DNA of 63,482 nt, counting the filler, from Squatina squatina (lineage: Eukaryota): the NCBI GenBank assembly GCA_031763465.1. It is 3 parts of 3 records of this genome, joined end to end, with 100 filler letters (N's around TTAATTAATTAA, not from the genome) between each part and the next. Parts side by side here need not be neighbours in the genome. Positions count along the whole stretch, not along the records: positions 45,735 to 63,482 come from JARFOE010000176.1; 2 more parts are not named here. One strand, 5' to 3'. A program made the position numbers and the translations under genes. The notes below the pieces were generated by a model. The model made no database searches. It had not been told where the DNA came from and saw only the letters and a program-made list of their open reading frames with translations. Each line of letters opens with the position of its first letter. Positions within the stretch are counted from its first letter, which is position 1. This document shows, piece by piece, positions 61,444 through 63,482 of the stretch.

Positions 61444-62729
61444 NNNNNNNNNNNNNNNNNNNNNNNNNNNNNNNNNNNNNNNNNNNNNNNNNNNNNNNNN
61501 NNNNNNNNNNNNNNNNNNNNNNNNNNNNNNNNNNNNNNNNNNNCTGCACTCCCAATGCTCTTGTCCTCTCTGAGTTCACATCCATGGCCATGATCACTTC
61601 CAGTCTTACTTCCCTGCTCACACGCTTCTCTTCTCTAACCCTGGGCTTCTCCTTGTTCCCCCGTTCTCCTCCACTCCCCCACTGGTAGCCCCTCATTCAG
61701 CCACTAAACTTCTGTCCTCTGAAACTCCTTTCCCTGCTTTCAAAAACTCCTTTCTTTGACCGTTCCTTTGACCCCCACCTCTTTTCTCCTCCTGCTCAGG
61801 GTCCAATGTTTATTTTCTTCTTCAGAATAAAGCACTTTGGGATGCACTTCCTGCATGTGAAACGCACGGCAGGAGTGCAAGCTGTTGTGGTTTTTTTCAC
61901 ACCTCTAATATCATTGAAATTTTCTGTCCATGTCCTCTGAGGTCTGTTGCCTATCCTTCCATCCTAACTCTCTCTCCCAATATATCTTGGAGGCTCCCCT
62001 CTCCTGATGTCTTTTGTGGATTCATTGCTATGAGGTAGGCTGGTGTTCTGCATTTTTATTTTCTGGCGTGTTCTGGCATATCTGTTGTGCCTTCATTTTT
62101 TGGGGGTCCTCATTTCTTCATTGCATGAAAGTGTCTTTTTTCGTGCCTGCTAAATGATTAAACAGTTGGAGAGAATGCAATTTACATTTATGCCGCATTT
62201 GTCACTGCCTTTAAGTAAACTATGTAATATAATGTAATCATAAAATCAAACATTGCTTAAGTGTTGTAAATCTCCTCTCTGACTGCATTTTAATCAAAGA
62301 TAATGAATCCCAATGGTTCTATAAATCACAGAGGTTTCATATGCAGCAGAACATATATTACAGATTTTGAGACGAAGCATTTGTCTAACAGAGAGGACAT
62401 GCTGGTGATAATGTGCTGCTCCAACGACTCAGTGGTGAACTGCACCATCCAGTGTGGCACAGAGCCATACAGACTAGGAAAGGCCCAGGGCTGATACCTC
62501 GTCTGGGCTGGGTTAACTAAACTCAACCAGAATGACCGTGGGAAAGTCAGGCTCAGGTTACCACTTTGTGATTCTAATCCTTTTCCACCTCCTGGTACGT
62601 GCGTGCAGATTTTTGGTGGGAACAGGACCNNNNNNNNNNNNNNNNNNNNNNNNNNNNNNNNNNNNNNNNNNNNNNNNNNNNNNNNNNNNNNNNNNNNNNN
62701 NNNNNNNNNNNNNNNNNNNNNNNNNNNNN

Positions 62730-62845
62730 CCCGCCTGTGGTCGAGTTTGCGGATCCCGTATCGGACTTTTCAGCCACCTCAGAACCCACCACTCCGGAGG
62801 GGAAGCAAGTCATCCTCGATCCCGAGGGACTGCCTCAGAAGAAGG
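62730..62845 (+). mobile_element. RTE-clade LINE 3' end with C-terminal C2H2 zinc finger
   Basis: PACGRVCGSRIGLFSHLRTH, then ggaagcaagtcatcctcgatcccgagggactgcc and an (aag)n tail. Confidence 0.78.
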
Positions 62846-63482
62846 CTGTTCTTAACTATTTTGAAATATTTTGAGTCTTGCTATAAAGTCCAGTGCGTTT
62901 TGCCAGTGTAAAAACCTCATTGGGTTGGTGGCTGGCTGAAGGTGCTCTTTGAGTTTTCATGAAAGCTGCATAAACTTTAACAACCCGAGCTGCAAAGGTT
63001 TGTGCTGTAGTAGACGAAGATTGGGGAATCAGGCCTAGAGTTTCAGCGGTTCGCACTATTAGATTTAGTAGTGCCCCTAAGCCCGCACCATGGTGATGCT
63101 ATCAGCGCTCACTAGACTATTCCAACCTCCACTTGCCCAGGAGACAGAAATAAACAAGAGACTGCGAAAGTGAATCATAATTCTATAATGGTTTGAGCAT
63201 TAAGGGGGTTCCTGATGGTTACAGTAGCTTTGTAATTAAAACACTTGGCTTTCGTCCATGCCTGGCAGAGAGAACCAGGACCCACTGAGACAGCTGCACC
63301 TCCCTCTAATCTTGACTATCCATCTCACCAACTGCAATGATGTCTGGAATAGGTCCAGCTCTGACCTCATCACGGAAATCATTGAATATCACTTTCCCAC
63401 TACAGTTAATTGTTTCTATGGTTACGAGCCAAAAAATTGAAAACATTAGAACTTTACTTAAAAAAAAAATGTTATTAATAGG

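Overview
This is vertebrate nuclear DNA, not prokaryotic. The repeat families point to a cartilaginous fish, most likely a shark (inference). The assembly is very fragmented: about 35 N-gaps, mostly exactly 100 N. Two gaps contain an artificial all-frame-stop linker (N44-TTAATTAATTAA-N44 at 28523-28622 and 45635-45734), so the window is probably three unrelated pieces. Segment 1 (1-28522) is packed with transposon remnants: CR1 LINEs (zinc-finger and SGNH-esterase ORF1, APE and RT ORF2), L2, Tx1, Penelope-like, Deu-type and other SINEs, and GC-rich TIR elements. It also holds one NCOR1-like exon (5592-5692, +; missed by the ORF track) and the large KAP-NTPase exon of an NKPD1-like gene (26582-28029, -). 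Segment 2 (28623-45634) holds two clean exons of the P4-ATPase flippase ATP10B (40763-40957 and 44247-44432, +) and a decayed Harbinger Myb/SANT accessory gene. Segment 3 (45735-63482) is repeat-poorer non-coding DNA with enhancer-like blocks, L2, CR1 and RTE remnants, and a CpG-decayed hammerhead-ribozyme motif in a Penelope-type terminus. I found no convincing new multi-gene system. The best leads are the NKPD1-like C-terminus, the identity of the NCOR exon, a base-paired domain in two LINE 3' UTRs, and the hammerhead relic. Homology calls come from recalled sequences, not from searches. Repeat boundaries are approximate.
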